From the NCBI GenBank assembly GCA_046050355.1, contig JBJOPW010000002.1:32001-96000 (forward strand): DNA of 64,000 bases. The letters run 5' to 3'. The position numbers and the translations under genes were made by a program. How positions within the stretch are numbered: position 1 is the stretch's first letter; each line of letters starts with the position of its first letter. A model generated the notes under the pieces. The model saw only the letters and a program-made list of their open reading frames with translations, did not search any database and was not told where the DNA came from. This DNA comes from Candidatus Parcubacteria bacterium. Its GTDB lineage: Bacteria; Patescibacteriota; Minisyncoccia; Phycocordibacterales; UBA918. Below, one piece after another: positions 18,390-29,002 of this stretch.

Positions 18390-19530
18390 GGGCGGGGACT
18401 CGGTCACTCTCGTGGCTATATTAGTTCACAAGTTCATAATCTATGGACTCTTCAGGACTCGACCCAGAATCACGGTTCTTTTATTCAATACATTGAATAA
18501 AAGAAGCTCGTGTTCTTGGTCGGCGACTCCTCGTAATTTCTCTTGGTCAGAGAAATTACATCGTCCGTCGCTTCGAGTCCCTCACGGAAGCAAAACTATT
18601 TGCTTCCTATCGCCCACAAACAAAAAGAACCACTCCTGCGGTTCTTTTTGTTTGTGGCCATGACCGCGACAGAGATCGAACTATCACTGAGTTCCTCAAG
18701 AAGTTCGACAAGACGTCCGCCGATGCGTAAAGGCCTTGAAACTTCTGTAATGTGGCCATGATCGTGACACGGATCGAACTATCAGCGAGTTTCTGAATAA
18801 ATTCGACAAGCCATCTGTCAGGGAATAAAGACCCTAAGACTTCTGTAAGGCGGCCCACATCGACACATTTCTCGAACTTGGGCTCCCAACGACCTTCTAA
18901 GGTCGATCATTGAAAGGCTGGCGTCGCGTAAGTTGCCCCAGCAGGCTCGCGACAATCATTGCGAGGCCTCCTTGCACTCATTCGATGCCGGCAACAATGG
19001 GTCGAAGAGCCTTGACATGCGGCAACGGACTGTTCCACCCTTAGACAGCACTCAATGAGAGGTTGAATCGACTCGCGCCGAAGTCCTGTTTCGGGTTCAC
19101 AAAATGCTTCCAACTGTTACTGGTTCCATGCTCGGGATCGGAAGATATCTTAGTCACAGCGACAACCTAAGTACTTGATTTTATTGAGTTTTCCGCCTTT
19201 TTCCTTGCATTTGCCGCTGAGGTATGGGAAGATACTTGGGCGATAGGCTCGAGGCTGACCCGTCGCGGTGAAAGGTGCTGCAACACCAATCACATGTCCC
19301 ACAAGGACGGCGCCCCAACCACAACCTGGTTGGGGCTTTCCTTTTATGTTGACACGATGTCGTGGTCACATCCACCATGTTCCCATCAGGTTCGAGAATC
19401 GGGATGCAGCCCGCGAGCCTGACAGGGTCAGCCTCGGCCCTGCACTTTGTGGCGCGAATGCCGCTTATCGGCCCGGTGGCTGAGTTTGTACGCGCATTGG
19501 AGTGCAGGGCTTCTAGATTGGAGCCTACCC

Positions 19531-19716
19531 ATGTCGAAACATGGTATCATCGCCGATGTGCTCTTCGGAGCGATTGAAACCACCCTTGCGCCAGTCGTTG
19601 CTGTCGTCGAGGGAGTAACCGGTGAGGTCAGCAAGGAAGCCAGCGATGGTGTGCTTCGGGCAATTGTTGATCCGACCGATATCGCGATCAACGGCCTGAT
19701 CAATATCACGAGGTAA
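19531..19716 (+). CDS. Small hypothetical protein (61 aa)
   Basis: GGAG RBS, MSKHGIIADVLFG..., followed by a strong hairpin at 19779-19820. Confidence 0.5.
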   Translation: MSKHGIIADVLFGAIETTLAPVVAVVEGVTGEVSKEASDGVLRAIVDPTDIAINGLINITR

Positions 19717-20288
19717 CATCTCACTAACTCCGGCGGGATCTAGGTCTCGCCGGAGCCTAATAAATGTGTTTCTGATAGAAGACAAGGGGAGTTGCGCAGT
19801 CCGCAACTCCCCTTGTCTTTACAGTGGTCATGACCGCGACAAGGATCGAACGATCACGGAGTTCCTGAAGAAATTCGACAAGCCTCCCGCCGAAGAGTAA
19901 AGACCCTGAGACTTCTGTAAGGTGACCCAGAACGACACACTTCTCGAACCATAAAAACGGTGCTCGAAAAATTGCAACATGTCGGTGGAAGAGACGCTAG
20001 ACTTCGAAAACTCGAAAACTGAGTCTCTTGGTGGCAATAGCAGAGACAGGGGTCAAAGCATCACGGAATTCTCGAGTAATCCACAATTCTTCTGGCTAAG
20101 AGTAAACTCTCTGAGATATCGGTACTGCGACCTTGACCGAGAAGGGTAGAAAGGAGAAAGCTATGACGTGAACTTACAGTGATCTAGACGCACAGCCCGA
20201 CACGTTGGAGTTCAAATTGAAGTCAAGGTTCGGCAAGCATGCTCACAGTGACAGTCTGTTCATTAGGGACGGAACCTGATGAACGCCA

Positions 20289-20711
20289 GTGGTGACACGC
20301 GATGTGCAAAGTGACATAGAGAGCTTCAAGTCAATTGATGACAGGGGTCAGTGGATGCTGCAACCAACATACTACGAGCACGAGTCGGGCTTGAACTGTG
20401 TTGACATAGCCAAGCGGTTGGCATTCCTTCGGGGAAACATTGTAAAGTACGTTTGGCGAGCAGGCAATAAGGGTGATTTGGTTCAAGACCTGCAGAAGGC
20501 GATTGAGTACGCGCAGATACTCATTGTTGACCCAGATCGGGTTTGCCAGGACCAAGAGTTGGTTTCGATGATTGATTGGTATTGTAAGAATGAGTCGCAC
20601 GACCTTCGTAGGACCATTATTAGAAGTGCCGCGCTGGACTCATCAGAGATCGACTTGAAAGAAGGTGTTTTGATGAAGCTAGACCAGTGGGTTGATTCAA
20701 CTCGGTCATGA
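20289..20711 (+). CDS. DUF3310 (SaV-like) protein
   Basis: PTYY..CVD..FLRGNIVKYVWRAGNK..QDLQKA. Confidence 0.8.
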   Translation: MVTRDVQSDIESFKSIDDRGQWMLQPTYYEHESGLNCVDIAKRLAFLRGNIVKYVWRAGNKGDLVQDLQKAIEYAQILIVDPDRVCQDQELVSMIDWYCKNESHDLRRTIIRSAALDSSEIDLKEGVLMKLDQWVDSTRS

Positions 20712-21306
20712 GTACTCGCTGCAGCAGCGTTAGTCGCGTATAATTCTTAGCATCTTTGATGCAGGCAGGGTTGCGGATATTCAACATTAGGCAAGATCTG
20801 GTGAAGAACCATGACTTCAGATAGACTTCTCTCCCCCCAATAAACGGACAGCGAACAAGATCTACGGTACTTCTGCTAACGAGAAGGGAACGGTTGACCG
20901 AAGCTATCAGAGTGTCCATGACGGCATGATCAACAGTATTCCTGAACATCCGCGGATCGCCCCTTAGTACCTCCGAAAACAAACCTTCAGGTCCTATCTG
21001 ATCGCGGAGGTCAGACTCTTCACGAAGAAGTTCATATATTTCTTTGACTAGTGCCCAATGCTTCTTGTCGCAGAGGTTGATCACGGACTCTGCTTCAATT
21101 CGTGCTTCAAGGACGACGGGAGTCAATTCAGTTCCGGCGCACTTGTTTTCCGTCCACGACAACGCATGGCGTGGGCCAGCTTCGAAGAAGTATATGCCTT
21201 CACCTAGCCAAAGGCCATCATGTTTACTCGGGTTGAATCTGTTCGATCGAGAGATTGACTCAGCAGACCCAAGGTCTGTTCCATGATACGCGATGTAGGT
21301 ATACAA
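20620..21306 (-). CDS. ADP-ribosyltransferase-fold protein (DUF3990/PARP-like)
   Basis: YHGT...WLGEGIYFF..A.SW motif. Confidence 0.65.
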   Translation of the reverse strand: MYTYIAYHGTDLGSAESISRSNRFNPSKHDGLWLGEGIYFFEAGPRHALSWTENKCAGTELTPVVLEARIEAESVINLCDKKHWALVKEIYELLREESDLRDQIGPEGLFSEVLRGDPRMFRNTVDHAVMDTLIASVNRSLLVSRSTVDLVRCPFIGGREVYLKSWFFTRSCLMLNIRNPACIKDAKNYTRLTLLQRVLMTELNQPTGLASSKHLLSSRSLMSPARHF

Positions 21307-21337
21307 AAAAATAGGCCCCCAGAGATTGTGGGGGACC

Positions 21338-22021
21338 TTAGCTTCCTACAACGGTCTTTGCAAGACTCTCTCCCTGAACTGCATTGATGTTGTTGGGATC
21401 AGTGCAGTTGATGCGGTGAAATTCGTTCGCTGCAAAGACAATCACCGAGACATTGGCTGAATCCGCCTCTGCCTTGACGATGCTGTAGGCCCTACGCAAC
21501 TCATCGCGCGAAATCGCGTCAATGGTTAGGCCCATTCGCTTTGTCCTGTTTGATAGAGGGGTTGCGTTGTCCCGTAGCTGATTTAAGCTAACCGGAAGAG
21601 CATCTGAGCTTGGTTTCCAAGTGCGAGATCCAAGAAGGACTTCGACACCATTATCCCTTTGCTCTATATCTCCGCCTGTAATTATAAACTCTAAAGCAAC
21701 AATTGCAATTAATATACCAACTTGAGGCAATAGAAGGAGAATTGTCAAGTAGAGCTCAGTTTCTGTCGTCTTTAGGAAGATTAGTGAGGCAGCGCTCGTT
21801 AGCAGAAGAATAAGATGGACTATTCCAAGTACAATAGATATCCCTACTCTGCGCGGAAGTATCTCCCCATGCTCATTTACTTGGGTTATCGGTTCAAAAA
21901 GGGTCCGAGCATTCAAAACTACTCGCCTCAATGTGCTTACAAACTGCCGCAATGATGACGAACGCTTAACTAGCGCATAGAGGCCTGGTCCGACGGCGAA
22001 ACTCAAAAGTGATGCTGACAT
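21338..22021 (-). CDS. Hypothetical membrane protein
   Basis: 2 TM segments, 227 aa ORF upstream of the ART-like gene. Confidence 0.55.
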   Translation of the reverse strand: MSASLLSFAVGPGLYALVKRSSSLRQFVSTLRRVVLNARTLFEPITQVNEHGEILPRRVGISIVLGIVHLILLLTSAASLIFLKTTETELYLTILLLLPQVGILIAIVALEFIITGGDIEQRDNGVEVLLGSRTWKPSSDALPVSLNQLRDNATPLSNRTKRMGLTIDAISRDELRRAYSIVKAEADSANVSVIVFAANEFHRINCTDPNNINAVQGESLAKTVVGS

Positions 22022-22125
22022 TTGGTCGAAAACTGCTTCTCGAACCGGACCATAATCGGAAAATATCCAGTGTTAGAGCCCTATAATTGGCTTCAGATGA
22101 GGGAAAATTGTGGGGGTGTCCCCAA

Positions 22126-22201
22126 TGGTGGGCGATGAGGGACTCGAACCCCCGACCTCGATGGTGTAAACATCTTGCTCTACCAACTGAGCTAATCGCC
22201 C
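22126..22201 (-). tRNA. tRNA-Val(TAC)
   Basis: Reverse complement GGGCGATTAGCTCAG..GATG-TTTACAC-CATC..TTCGAGTCCC..CCA. Confidence 0.95.
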
Positions 22202-22286
22202 GAATGTCATGCAGTATAGCGTACTTTATTAAATTGTCCACCGGTAAGTTATTAGAATAACACGTATATGGTATAATAATGAGCGT

Positions 22287-22952
22287 ATGAAAATACTCGA
22301 AAAGAAGAGGGCTATAGAGTTGCGTGAGCGGGGGATAGCTTTAGGTGAAATCGCTAAAAAATTAAACGTAGCAAAAGCTACAGTCAGTTATTGGGTACGG
22401 GATATTTCATTATCGAAGACACAGATCAAGCAACTCAGAGCGAATAGTCACTCAAGAGAAGCAATTGAAAAGCGACGATTGTCACGTATGACTGCAGCCG
22501 AAAAAATCCGAGATAGTATACGAGAAGAAGCTCGACAACAAGCAGTACAGTTAATCAAAAATCCATTATGGTGTGTTGCAATAGCCTTATATTGGGGGGA
22601 GGGTGGAAAGACGCAACGAACGGTTCGAATCGCAAATAGCGACCCCTCAGTTATTAGACTACTTTGCCACTTCTTTAGAAATGAATGTCATGTGCCACTT
22701 TCTAAAATGCGAGCACATGTTCATGCGTTTTCGCACAGCGATATTGAATCAATAGAGAAGTACTGGTCAAAAATTAGTGGCATACCCAGAAATCAATTTT
22801 TTAAGGCATATATTAAACAAAGTAGCTCTAGTAAAGAAAAAAGACAAACACTTCCAAATGGTACAATGCAAATATATGTACATGATAGTAGTTTGTTTAT
22901 TAAAATTATAGCTTGGATAGAATATCTGAAAGAGATAAAACATTATGATTGA
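22287..22952 (+). CDS. HTH + LAGLIDADG-like protein (common next to CPR tRNAs)
   Basis: LGEIAKKLNVAKATVSYW; LYWGEG; NSDP; YWSKISGIP. Confidence 0.7.
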   Translation: MKILEKKRAIELRERGIALGEIAKKLNVAKATVSYWVRDISLSKTQIKQLRANSHSREAIEKRRLSRMTAAEKIRDSIREEARQQAVQLIKNPLWCVAIALYWGEGGKTQRTVRIANSDPSVIRLLCHFFRNECHVPLSKMRAHVHAFSHSDIESIEKYWSKISGIPRNQFFKAYIKQSSSSKEKRQTLPNGTMQIYVHDSSLFIKIIAWIEYLKEIKHYD

Positions 22953-23226
22953 ACTTCATGCCACAGTGACCGGTAAGGTACAGGGGGTACGGTACCGTGA
23001 TTATGTCCAGCAAGCCGCGACTAATCTTGGGCTCGTAGGGTCGGTCGAAAATCTCTCGGATGGTTCAGTTTTTGTTGTAGCACAAGGTATGCCAGATGTC
23101 CTCAAGGAATTTGTAGAGTATCTCCATGAGGGTTCGTTGTTGGCGCAGGTCGATGGGGTGGCAGTTGAGTGGCGCAGTCAGGCGGGTCTATATCAAGAAT
23201 TTTCAATCCTCTTTTCCTACCTATGA
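22945..23226 (+). CDS. acyP: Acylphosphatase
   Basis: GKVQGVRYR..GSVENLSDGSV. Confidence 0.93.
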   Translation: MIELHATVTGKVQGVRYRDYVQQAATNLGLVGSVENLSDGSVFVVAQGMPDVLKEFVEYLHEGSLLAQVDGVAVEWRSQAGLYQEFSILFSYL

Positions 23227-23891
23227 CTACACAGTTGTCATCACCATATTGCGTAGGTTTTATCATGGATGGCAACCGCCGGTACGCGGCCGAACGGGGA
23301 TTGCCACAAGGAGCTGGGCACGAAGCCGGACTACAGGTTTTTGAACAGGTAATTACCTGGTTGCAGGAGCAACATATACCGCATGGCGTATTCTACGCGT
23401 TTTCTACTGAGAATTGGCATCGTAGTGAGGCAGAAGTGTCGTTATTATTATCATTGATAGAAATTGCTTTAGCGAAACAGCGATCTGTGCGATTGCGATT
23501 TATTGGTGACCGATTACGCTTTAGCACTATAATGCAAGATAAATTGTCCGCAGTAGAAGCTGAGGAGCACGGTAATACTAATGTAACAATCTGGGTAGCC
23601 TTATCATATGGTGGCAGACAGGAGATTATTTCTGCGGTTAATAAAGCTATCGCGGCTCGGGTTCCAGTAACTGAAAACAGTTTCTCGGCGTTATTTGATT
23701 CGGTGGGGATGCCCGATCCTGATCTTATTATTCGTACTGGCGGTGATATGCGCCTCTCTAATTTTTTACCGTGGCAAGCAGTCTATAGCGAGCTGATGTT
23801 TACCCCTACCTACTGGCCAGCATTTACGAAAGAGGAATTTACCAGTATGCTGGCGCAATATGGAGACAGAAAACGTCGTTTCGGACGCTAA
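23223..23891 (+). CDS. uppS: Undecaprenyl diphosphate synthase
   Basis: IMDGNRRYA, FSTENW, PDLIIRTGG..RLSNFLPWQ. Confidence 0.95.
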   Translation: MTTQLSSPYCVGFIMDGNRRYAAERGLPQGAGHEAGLQVFEQVITWLQEQHIPHGVFYAFSTENWHRSEAEVSLLLSLIEIALAKQRSVRLRFIGDRLRFSTIMQDKLSAVEAEEHGNTNVTIWVALSYGGRQEIISAVNKAIAARVPVTENSFSALFDSVGMPDPDLIIRTGGDMRLSNFLPWQAVYSELMFTPTYWPAFTKEEFTSMLAQYGDRKRRFGR

Positions 23892-24636
23892 AGATATTAT
23901 TGAGCCAGTGGTCATTTACGAAGATGACGCGATTTTAGTCGTGAATAAGCCCTACGGGATGCTCGTGCATGAAGATTGGCAACAAAAAGACGGTACTTTA
24001 GTCGACTGGTTTTTGGTCCGCTGCCCGAGTGCTCGTGGGGTAGGGGAAGCGACAGCAACACCAGAAGGAAAACCACTTGAACGCTCCGGAGTAGTGCATC
24101 GCCTCGATCGCGAGACGTCAGGGGTGATAGTCTTGGCAAAAACTGCCGAAGCCCACGCTCATCTCAAGGCTGAGTTTCATGACCGCAAGGCAAAAAAAGA
24201 GTATCGGGCTTTTGTCTATGGTCGACTCCACGAACGGTGGGGAACCATTGATCGACCCATTGGCCGTAATACGCAGAATTTTCGACTCCGTTCGGCGCAG
24301 CGTGGTGCCAAGGGGACCTTGCGCAATGCGGTAACTGACTGGGAACGAATTGCGGCTGGTGAATACGAAGGTGAGCCCTTTTCATATATGAAATTAATGC
24401 CAAAGACCGGCCGTACTCACCAGCTCCGAGTCCATCTAAAGGCCATTGATCGACCAATTGTTCAAGATGTGTTGTATAGCGGTAAGAAGCGCGAGACCTC
24501 AAACAATCTTGGTTTGGAGCGATTGGCCCTCCACGCCCACGTGCTCGAACTGACCTTGCCTAGTGGTGAGCGAGAACGATTTATTGCGCCAGTGCCACAT
24601 AGTTTTGAACTAGCTGCCGAAAAGCTCGAAGAATAG
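23860..24636 (+). CDS. RluA-family pseudouridine synthase
   Basis: VNKPYG, VHRLDRETSG, TGRTHQLRVH. Confidence 0.93.
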   Translation: METENVVSDAKDIIEPVVIYEDDAILVVNKPYGMLVHEDWQQKDGTLVDWFLVRCPSARGVGEATATPEGKPLERSGVVHRLDRETSGVIVLAKTAEAHAHLKAEFHDRKAKKEYRAFVYGRLHERWGTIDRPIGRNTQNFRLRSAQRGAKGTLRNAVTDWERIAAGEYEGEPFSYMKLMPKTGRTHQLRVHLKAIDRPIVQDVLYSGKKRETSNNLGLERLALHAHVLELTLPSGERERFIAPVPHSFELAAEKLEE

Positions 24637-24723
24637 GCGGTCGTATTGCAGAATAGGGTCTCTTGTGGTAGATTAGGGCACGTTTTACACGGACAAGAGG
24701 CATTTTATTGTTATTACTATTGT

Positions 24724-25305
24724 ATGAACACAGCATTACAGGGCGTCGCTATCTCGCCAGTACAGATGGCAGACCGTAAGGCGCTTGGCTTGAAGCCGGG
24801 CGATACGGTCAAGGTGCACCAGAAGATCGTTGATAAGGGAAAGACTCGTCTCCAAGTTTTTGAAGGCGTGGTGCTTGCCCGTAAGCATGGTGATGAACCA
24901 GGAGCTACCTTTACTGTCCGTAAAGTCTCAAGTGGCGTTGGTGTAGAAAAAATCTTCCCTCTCTACACACCACTCATCGAAAAAATTGAGATTGTGAAGC
25001 GTGCCAAGGTACGTCGCGCCAAGCTCTACTACATTCGTGAGAAGGTGGCCCGTGAGATTAAGCGTCAGATGCGCCGCATGTCTCTCGTTTCAATGTCTAC
25101 CGAAAGTGAGACCGAAGCCAATGCTCGTATTGAAGCAGAGGCTAAGGCAGTCGCTGAAGCAGCCGCTGCCGCCGAAGCGGCTGCTCTCGCAGCCGCTGCA
25201 CCAGTTGTCGAAGAGACTCCAGTGGTAGCAGAAGCTCCAGCGGAAGTAGCAGCAGAAGAAACTCCTGCTGCTGAAACACCAGTTGAAGCAGAGAAGAAAG
25301 ACTAG
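24724..25305 (+). CDS. rplS: 50S ribosomal protein L19 with Ala/Glu-rich extension
   Basis: [31 protein letters not shown]. Confidence 0.95.
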   Translation: MNTALQGVAISPVQMADRKALGLKPGDTVKVHQKIVDKGKTRLQVFEGVVLARKHGDEPGATFTVRKVSSGVGVEKIFPLYTPLIEKIEIVKRAKVRRAKLYYIREKVAREIKRQMRRMSLVSMSTESETEANARIEAEAKAVAEAAAAAEAAALAAAAPVVEETPVVAEAPAEVAAEETPAAETPVEAEKKD

Positions 25306-25360
25306 TCTCTCATCAATAACAAAACCGACCGTCAGGTCGGTTTTGTTATATACTGTCGCT

Positions 25361-26200
25361 ATGATAACGAAACCACTTTTTGAAGCACTTATTGCCGAGA
25401 TTGAATCAGCGGGTGAATTAGCGCACAAATACTTTATTGATAATGAGTCTGACAACGAACAAAAAGCTGACGGTTCAGTGGTTACCGTTATCGATACGAC
25501 CATTGAGACCCGTTTGGTTGCGTTTATTCGTGCACATTTTCCCGACGACACAATTGTTGGAGAAGAAGGAGAAGGTGTGATTGGCACCAGTAGTTTCGTT
25601 TGGCATATTGATCCGATAGATGGTACAGATAATTTTTTAAGAAGAATTCCATTTTGTGCCATCTCAGTGGCACGACTGGGAGATACCGATGAAGATTCGT
25701 GTGCGGTGATTCATAACCCAATTACGCAACAAACCTTTTCTAGCTATATGGATGAAGCAGTCTACGAAAAGCATATCGTACATCACATGAATGATGATTT
25801 AATTGGTGGTCGGGCCATGATTTCTATTGCGCGAGGACGGGTTTCTTGGATGAAATCAGCCAGCTACAATATACGCAAAGCCCTTGGTCTCCATTTTGGT
25901 GGCGGTAATTCGTTTGGTTGTTGTGCGCTTGAACATGCCTATGTGGCGGCCAACCGTCTTGATGGAGTTCTTACTTTTGGGTTGCATACCTATGATTATG
26001 CTGCCGGATTATATCTTATAAAATCAGCTGGAGGTATTATTTCAGTATTTGAGGATGACCAATGGCAGCAATGGCAAGGAAGTATCAAAGCACTTTGCTC
26101 TCAACATGGCGCCACCATTTTCTCGTCACATCAGGGCATTCATGCTGAGGCGATAGCCTATATTGGTAACCCACGAACTTGGAGTGATGAACCCGCTTAA
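25361..26200 (+). CDS. Inositol monophosphatase family protein
   Basis: VGEE..WHIDPIDGTDNF..YDYAAG. Confidence 0.9.
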   Translation: MITKPLFEALIAEIESAGELAHKYFIDNESDNEQKADGSVVTVIDTTIETRLVAFIRAHFPDDTIVGEEGEGVIGTSSFVWHIDPIDGTDNFLRRIPFCAISVARLGDTDEDSCAVIHNPITQQTFSSYMDEAVYEKHIVHHMNDDLIGGRAMISIARGRVSWMKSASYNIRKALGLHFGGGNSFGCCALEHAYVAANRLDGVLTFGLHTYDYAAGLYLIKSAGGIISVFEDDQWQQWQGSIKALCSQHGATIFSSHQGIHAEAIAYIGNPRTWSDEPA

Positions 26201-26910
26201 GAATCTTTCTCAGAACCAATCAGAACCTTGCGCAACATTGTACCAACGAGACCGAGGAGCATACCAAGTAACAACATGCTTGTAAACCGAGACAGAATGA
26301 GCGTGATTGTTCCACCGAGGGTATCTGGTTGCGGATAGCTAATACCACCAAGAATTGCCCGCAACGCCCACCACATACCACTTGGAATATCCTGAGCAGC
26401 TACTTGATGATTTTCAAAAACGTAAAAGAGTGATCCGAGTAGTAATGTCGCAATCAAAAGTGTCGCACTATAAATCTCGAGATTTATTTTATACAGTGAT
26501 TGGGCGGCATTTTTCTTCCGTTTGATTTCTGAGAACTTCGCAAGACGAAGCATTCGTAGAAGACGGATGATTCGTACCGCCCGAGTGGCTTTGAGGAAGG
26601 TGAGGTTATTTAATCCGAGGTATGAAGGGAGAATGGCAGCGAGGTCGATAATACCAAAAAAACTGAACATATAACGCAACCGGTTTGGACTATAATAGAG
26701 CCGAGTAACATACTCGAGACTAAAAATAGTCACAATTGCCATCTCGAGATTGTGAAATATACCCACATAGACAGATAGGGACGGGACTGTCTCAAGTGCT
26801 ACAACAGCCACAGCAACTAGGGTTGTGATGGCAAGAAAATGTTCTGTTCCCGGTGGTGTTACGTCTGAAAACGAGCGTCGGATGACTGGATGTTTCTGTT
26901 TTCGTTTCAT
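26197..26910 (-). CDS. Ion transporter (voltage-gated channel-like)
   Basis: EYVTRL, IDLAAILP, S4-like RAVRIIRLLRMLR. Confidence 0.85.
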   Translation of the reverse strand: MKRKQKHPVIRRSFSDVTPPGTEHFLAITTLVAVAVVALETVPSLSVYVGIFHNLEMAIVTIFSLEYVTRLYYSPNRLRYMFSFFGIIDLAAILPSYLGLNNLTFLKATRAVRIIRLLRMLRLAKFSEIKRKKNAAQSLYKINLEIYSATLLIATLLLGSLFYVFENHQVAAQDIPSGMWWALRAILGGISYPQPDTLGGTITLILSRFTSMLLLGMLLGLVGTMLRKVLIGSEKDS

Positions 26911-27004
26911 TGCAATTATCGTAACATAGGGAATCGACAGTGACTTGATAATACTATTGCTTTAGTGCATAATGTCGCCACTTGAGAAATCAAGGTTCTC
27001 ACCT

Positions 27005-27088
27005 GCCCAGGTGGCGAAATTGGTAGACGCACTACCTTGAGGTGGTAGCGCCTTCACGGGCATGCTGGTTCAAATCCAGTCTTGGGCA
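27005..27088 (+). tRNA. tRNA-Leu(GAG)
   Basis: GCCCAGGTGGCGAAATTGGTAGACGC..CTACC-TTGAGGT-GGTAG, long variable arm. Confidence 0.95.
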
Positions 27089-27390
27089 CAAATAGCCGAC
27101 CGAAACATGAATATGTTTCGGTCGTTGCTATTTGTAGACCAAGACTGGATTTGAAAGACAGTTTCGGGGTTCCCTTAGGGCCGAAACTGTCCGGGTCGGG
27201 CGAATGAGTTATATTGTGAGCAAAGCGAAATAATATAACCATGAGTGTGACCAAATCCAGTCTTGGGCACAAAGTCGTAAAACAAAAACAATTCTCCAAA
27301 AGAGAATTGTTTTTGTTTTAGAAAGCCAATGACTTGGCTTTCGACGACTTTGTGAAGCGGAGCGTTGTGAGTCGCCCCAGAAAGGCGACG

Positions 27391-27465
27391 AACCGCGAGC
27401 TGGGGTCGAGAACACTTAGTAGATTGAGAACGGAGTGAATCAATATACTTAGTGATTCGTGACCA
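27391..27465 (+). repeat. tRNA-downstream repeat, copy 3 (partial)
   Basis: GGGGTCGAGAACACTTAGTAGATTG...ATATACTTAGTGATTCGTGACCA. Confidence 0.85.
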
Positions 27466-27591
27466 GGACAAGCAAACAGGATTAAATAAAAAGCTTAGTA
27501 ACTCATGACTTAATCCAGTCTTACCATGAGACGGAACGATCTTTCAGCTGTTCCTCATACCAAAATTGCCAAAGTGGTATACTACTCCCGT

Positions 27592-28980
27592 ATGACCTAT
27601 CCGCTTGCTCTCCAGTACGAAAAAGCTTTTAAAGATGCTGATATCCGTGGCATCTATCCAAAAGAGATAAATGAAGGACTGGTATATGCCGTTGCTCGCG
27701 CGTTCGTTGAGGAGTTTGCCTATACCAAGGTGGTAGTCGGGCGGGACATGCGTCTGTCTTCGCCCGAGCTCCATACTGCCTTTGTCTCTGGTGTGCGCGA
27801 CGCGGGAGCGGATGTGATTGACGTGGGGATGGTCGCGACCCCGCAGCTCTACTTTGCCTCCGGGTCTATGAATCTCCCTGGCGTGATGATTACTGCCTCA
27901 CATAGTCCCGCTGCGTACAATGGACTCAAGCTCGTGCACGCTGAGGCGATACCACTCACGAAGCGCAATGGTCTCACCCAAATTCTCAAACGGGTGAAGC
28001 GAGGGCAGTGGACGAAGCCAGCAAAAAAAGGAAAGTTCCAGAAAAAGAATATCGACGCTGGGTACCAAAAGCGAGTGCTGGCCGGTATCAAGCCAAAGCA
28101 CTATGCGGGTCTGCGTATCGCAACCGATATTGGCAACGGGATGGCGCATGATATCGTGCCACTCCTCGCAGCGAAGCTTCCAATCAAGTTTGATACTATC
28201 TTTGCTCGCCGTGATGGTCGTTTTCCTAACCGGGACTCTGATCCCAATCTTCGCGAAAATCAAGCAGCGCTTGATGACAAAATTGACCACGGTCATTTTG
28301 ATTTTGGGATTTCTTTTGACGGGGACGCTGACCGCATTGCGTTTCTTGATGAACACGGCAACTACGTCAACAGTGCGGCGATAGGAGCTCTTATTGCGAA
28401 GCGTATGTTGGCGCGCGAGCCAAAAGCGAAGATTGCTTCCACGAATCTCAATAGCCGTATTTATGATGAGACTATCAAAGCTGCTGGTGGGAAGGTGGTG
28501 ATGGCCCGCACCGGACATACCTTTGTGAAAGAAGCGATGCGAAAGCATCAGGCGGTGTTTGGCTGTGAGTACTCGGGACACTTCTTCTTCCGCGACTTTT
28601 TCTATACTGATTCGGAAGTACTCACCTTACGCGAGGTCCTTGATGCTTACGTGGAGGCGAAGGCAGCGGGGCAGACCTTTGGCGAGATGATGGCGCCGTA
28701 TCTCGTGTACCACCAGACTGAGGATATTGTGATCAAGGTCGCCGACAAAGACATCGCGATGGCGAAAGTACATGAGTATCTGGTGTCTCTCAAACCAAAG
28801 ACGCTCAAGAAATTTGACGGCTACTTTGTTGATTTTGGTGATGTCTGGGGCGCGGTCAAAATGAGTGTGACCGAGTACGGGGTGAAGCTCATGTTTGAAT
28901 CTACGAGCAAAGCCAAAGCGGTAAAGCTCCAAAAGCAGATTGCGACGTTTGTGAAGTCGGTGGCGAAGGAGAGTTGTTGA
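27592..28980 (+). CDS. Phosphomannomutase/phosphoglucomutase
   Basis: DIRGIY, ITASHSP, FDGDADR, GCEYSGH. Confidence 0.93.
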   Translation: MTYPLALQYEKAFKDADIRGIYPKEINEGLVYAVARAFVEEFAYTKVVVGRDMRLSSPELHTAFVSGVRDAGADVIDVGMVATPQLYFASGSMNLPGVMITASHSPAAYNGLKLVHAEAIPLTKRNGLTQILKRVKRGQWTKPAKKGKFQKKNIDAGYQKRVLAGIKPKHYAGLRIATDIGNGMAHDIVPLLAAKLPIKFDTIFARRDGRFPNRDSDPNLRENQAALDDKIDHGHFDFGISFDGDADRIAFLDEHGNYVNSAAIGALIAKRMLAREPKAKIASTNLNSRIYDETIKAAGGKVVMARTGHTFVKEAMRKHQAVFGCEYSGHFFFRDFFYTDSEVLTLREVLDAYVEAKAAGQTFGEMMAPYLVYHQTEDIVIKVADKDIAMAKVHEYLVSLKPKTLKKFDGYFVDFGDVWGAVKMSVTEYGVKLMFESTSKAKAVKLQKQIATFVKSVAKESC

Positions 28981-29002
28981 ATTTCAATAAATATAATCGA
29001 CC

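Larger units (their letters stand above)
18654..22125. mobile_element. Genomic island integrated at the 3' end of tRNA-Val
   Basis: Separates tRNA-Val from its palindromic element (18395-18618); three ~100-125 nt direct repeats (18654, 18752, 19824); foreign ORFs. Confidence 0.65.
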
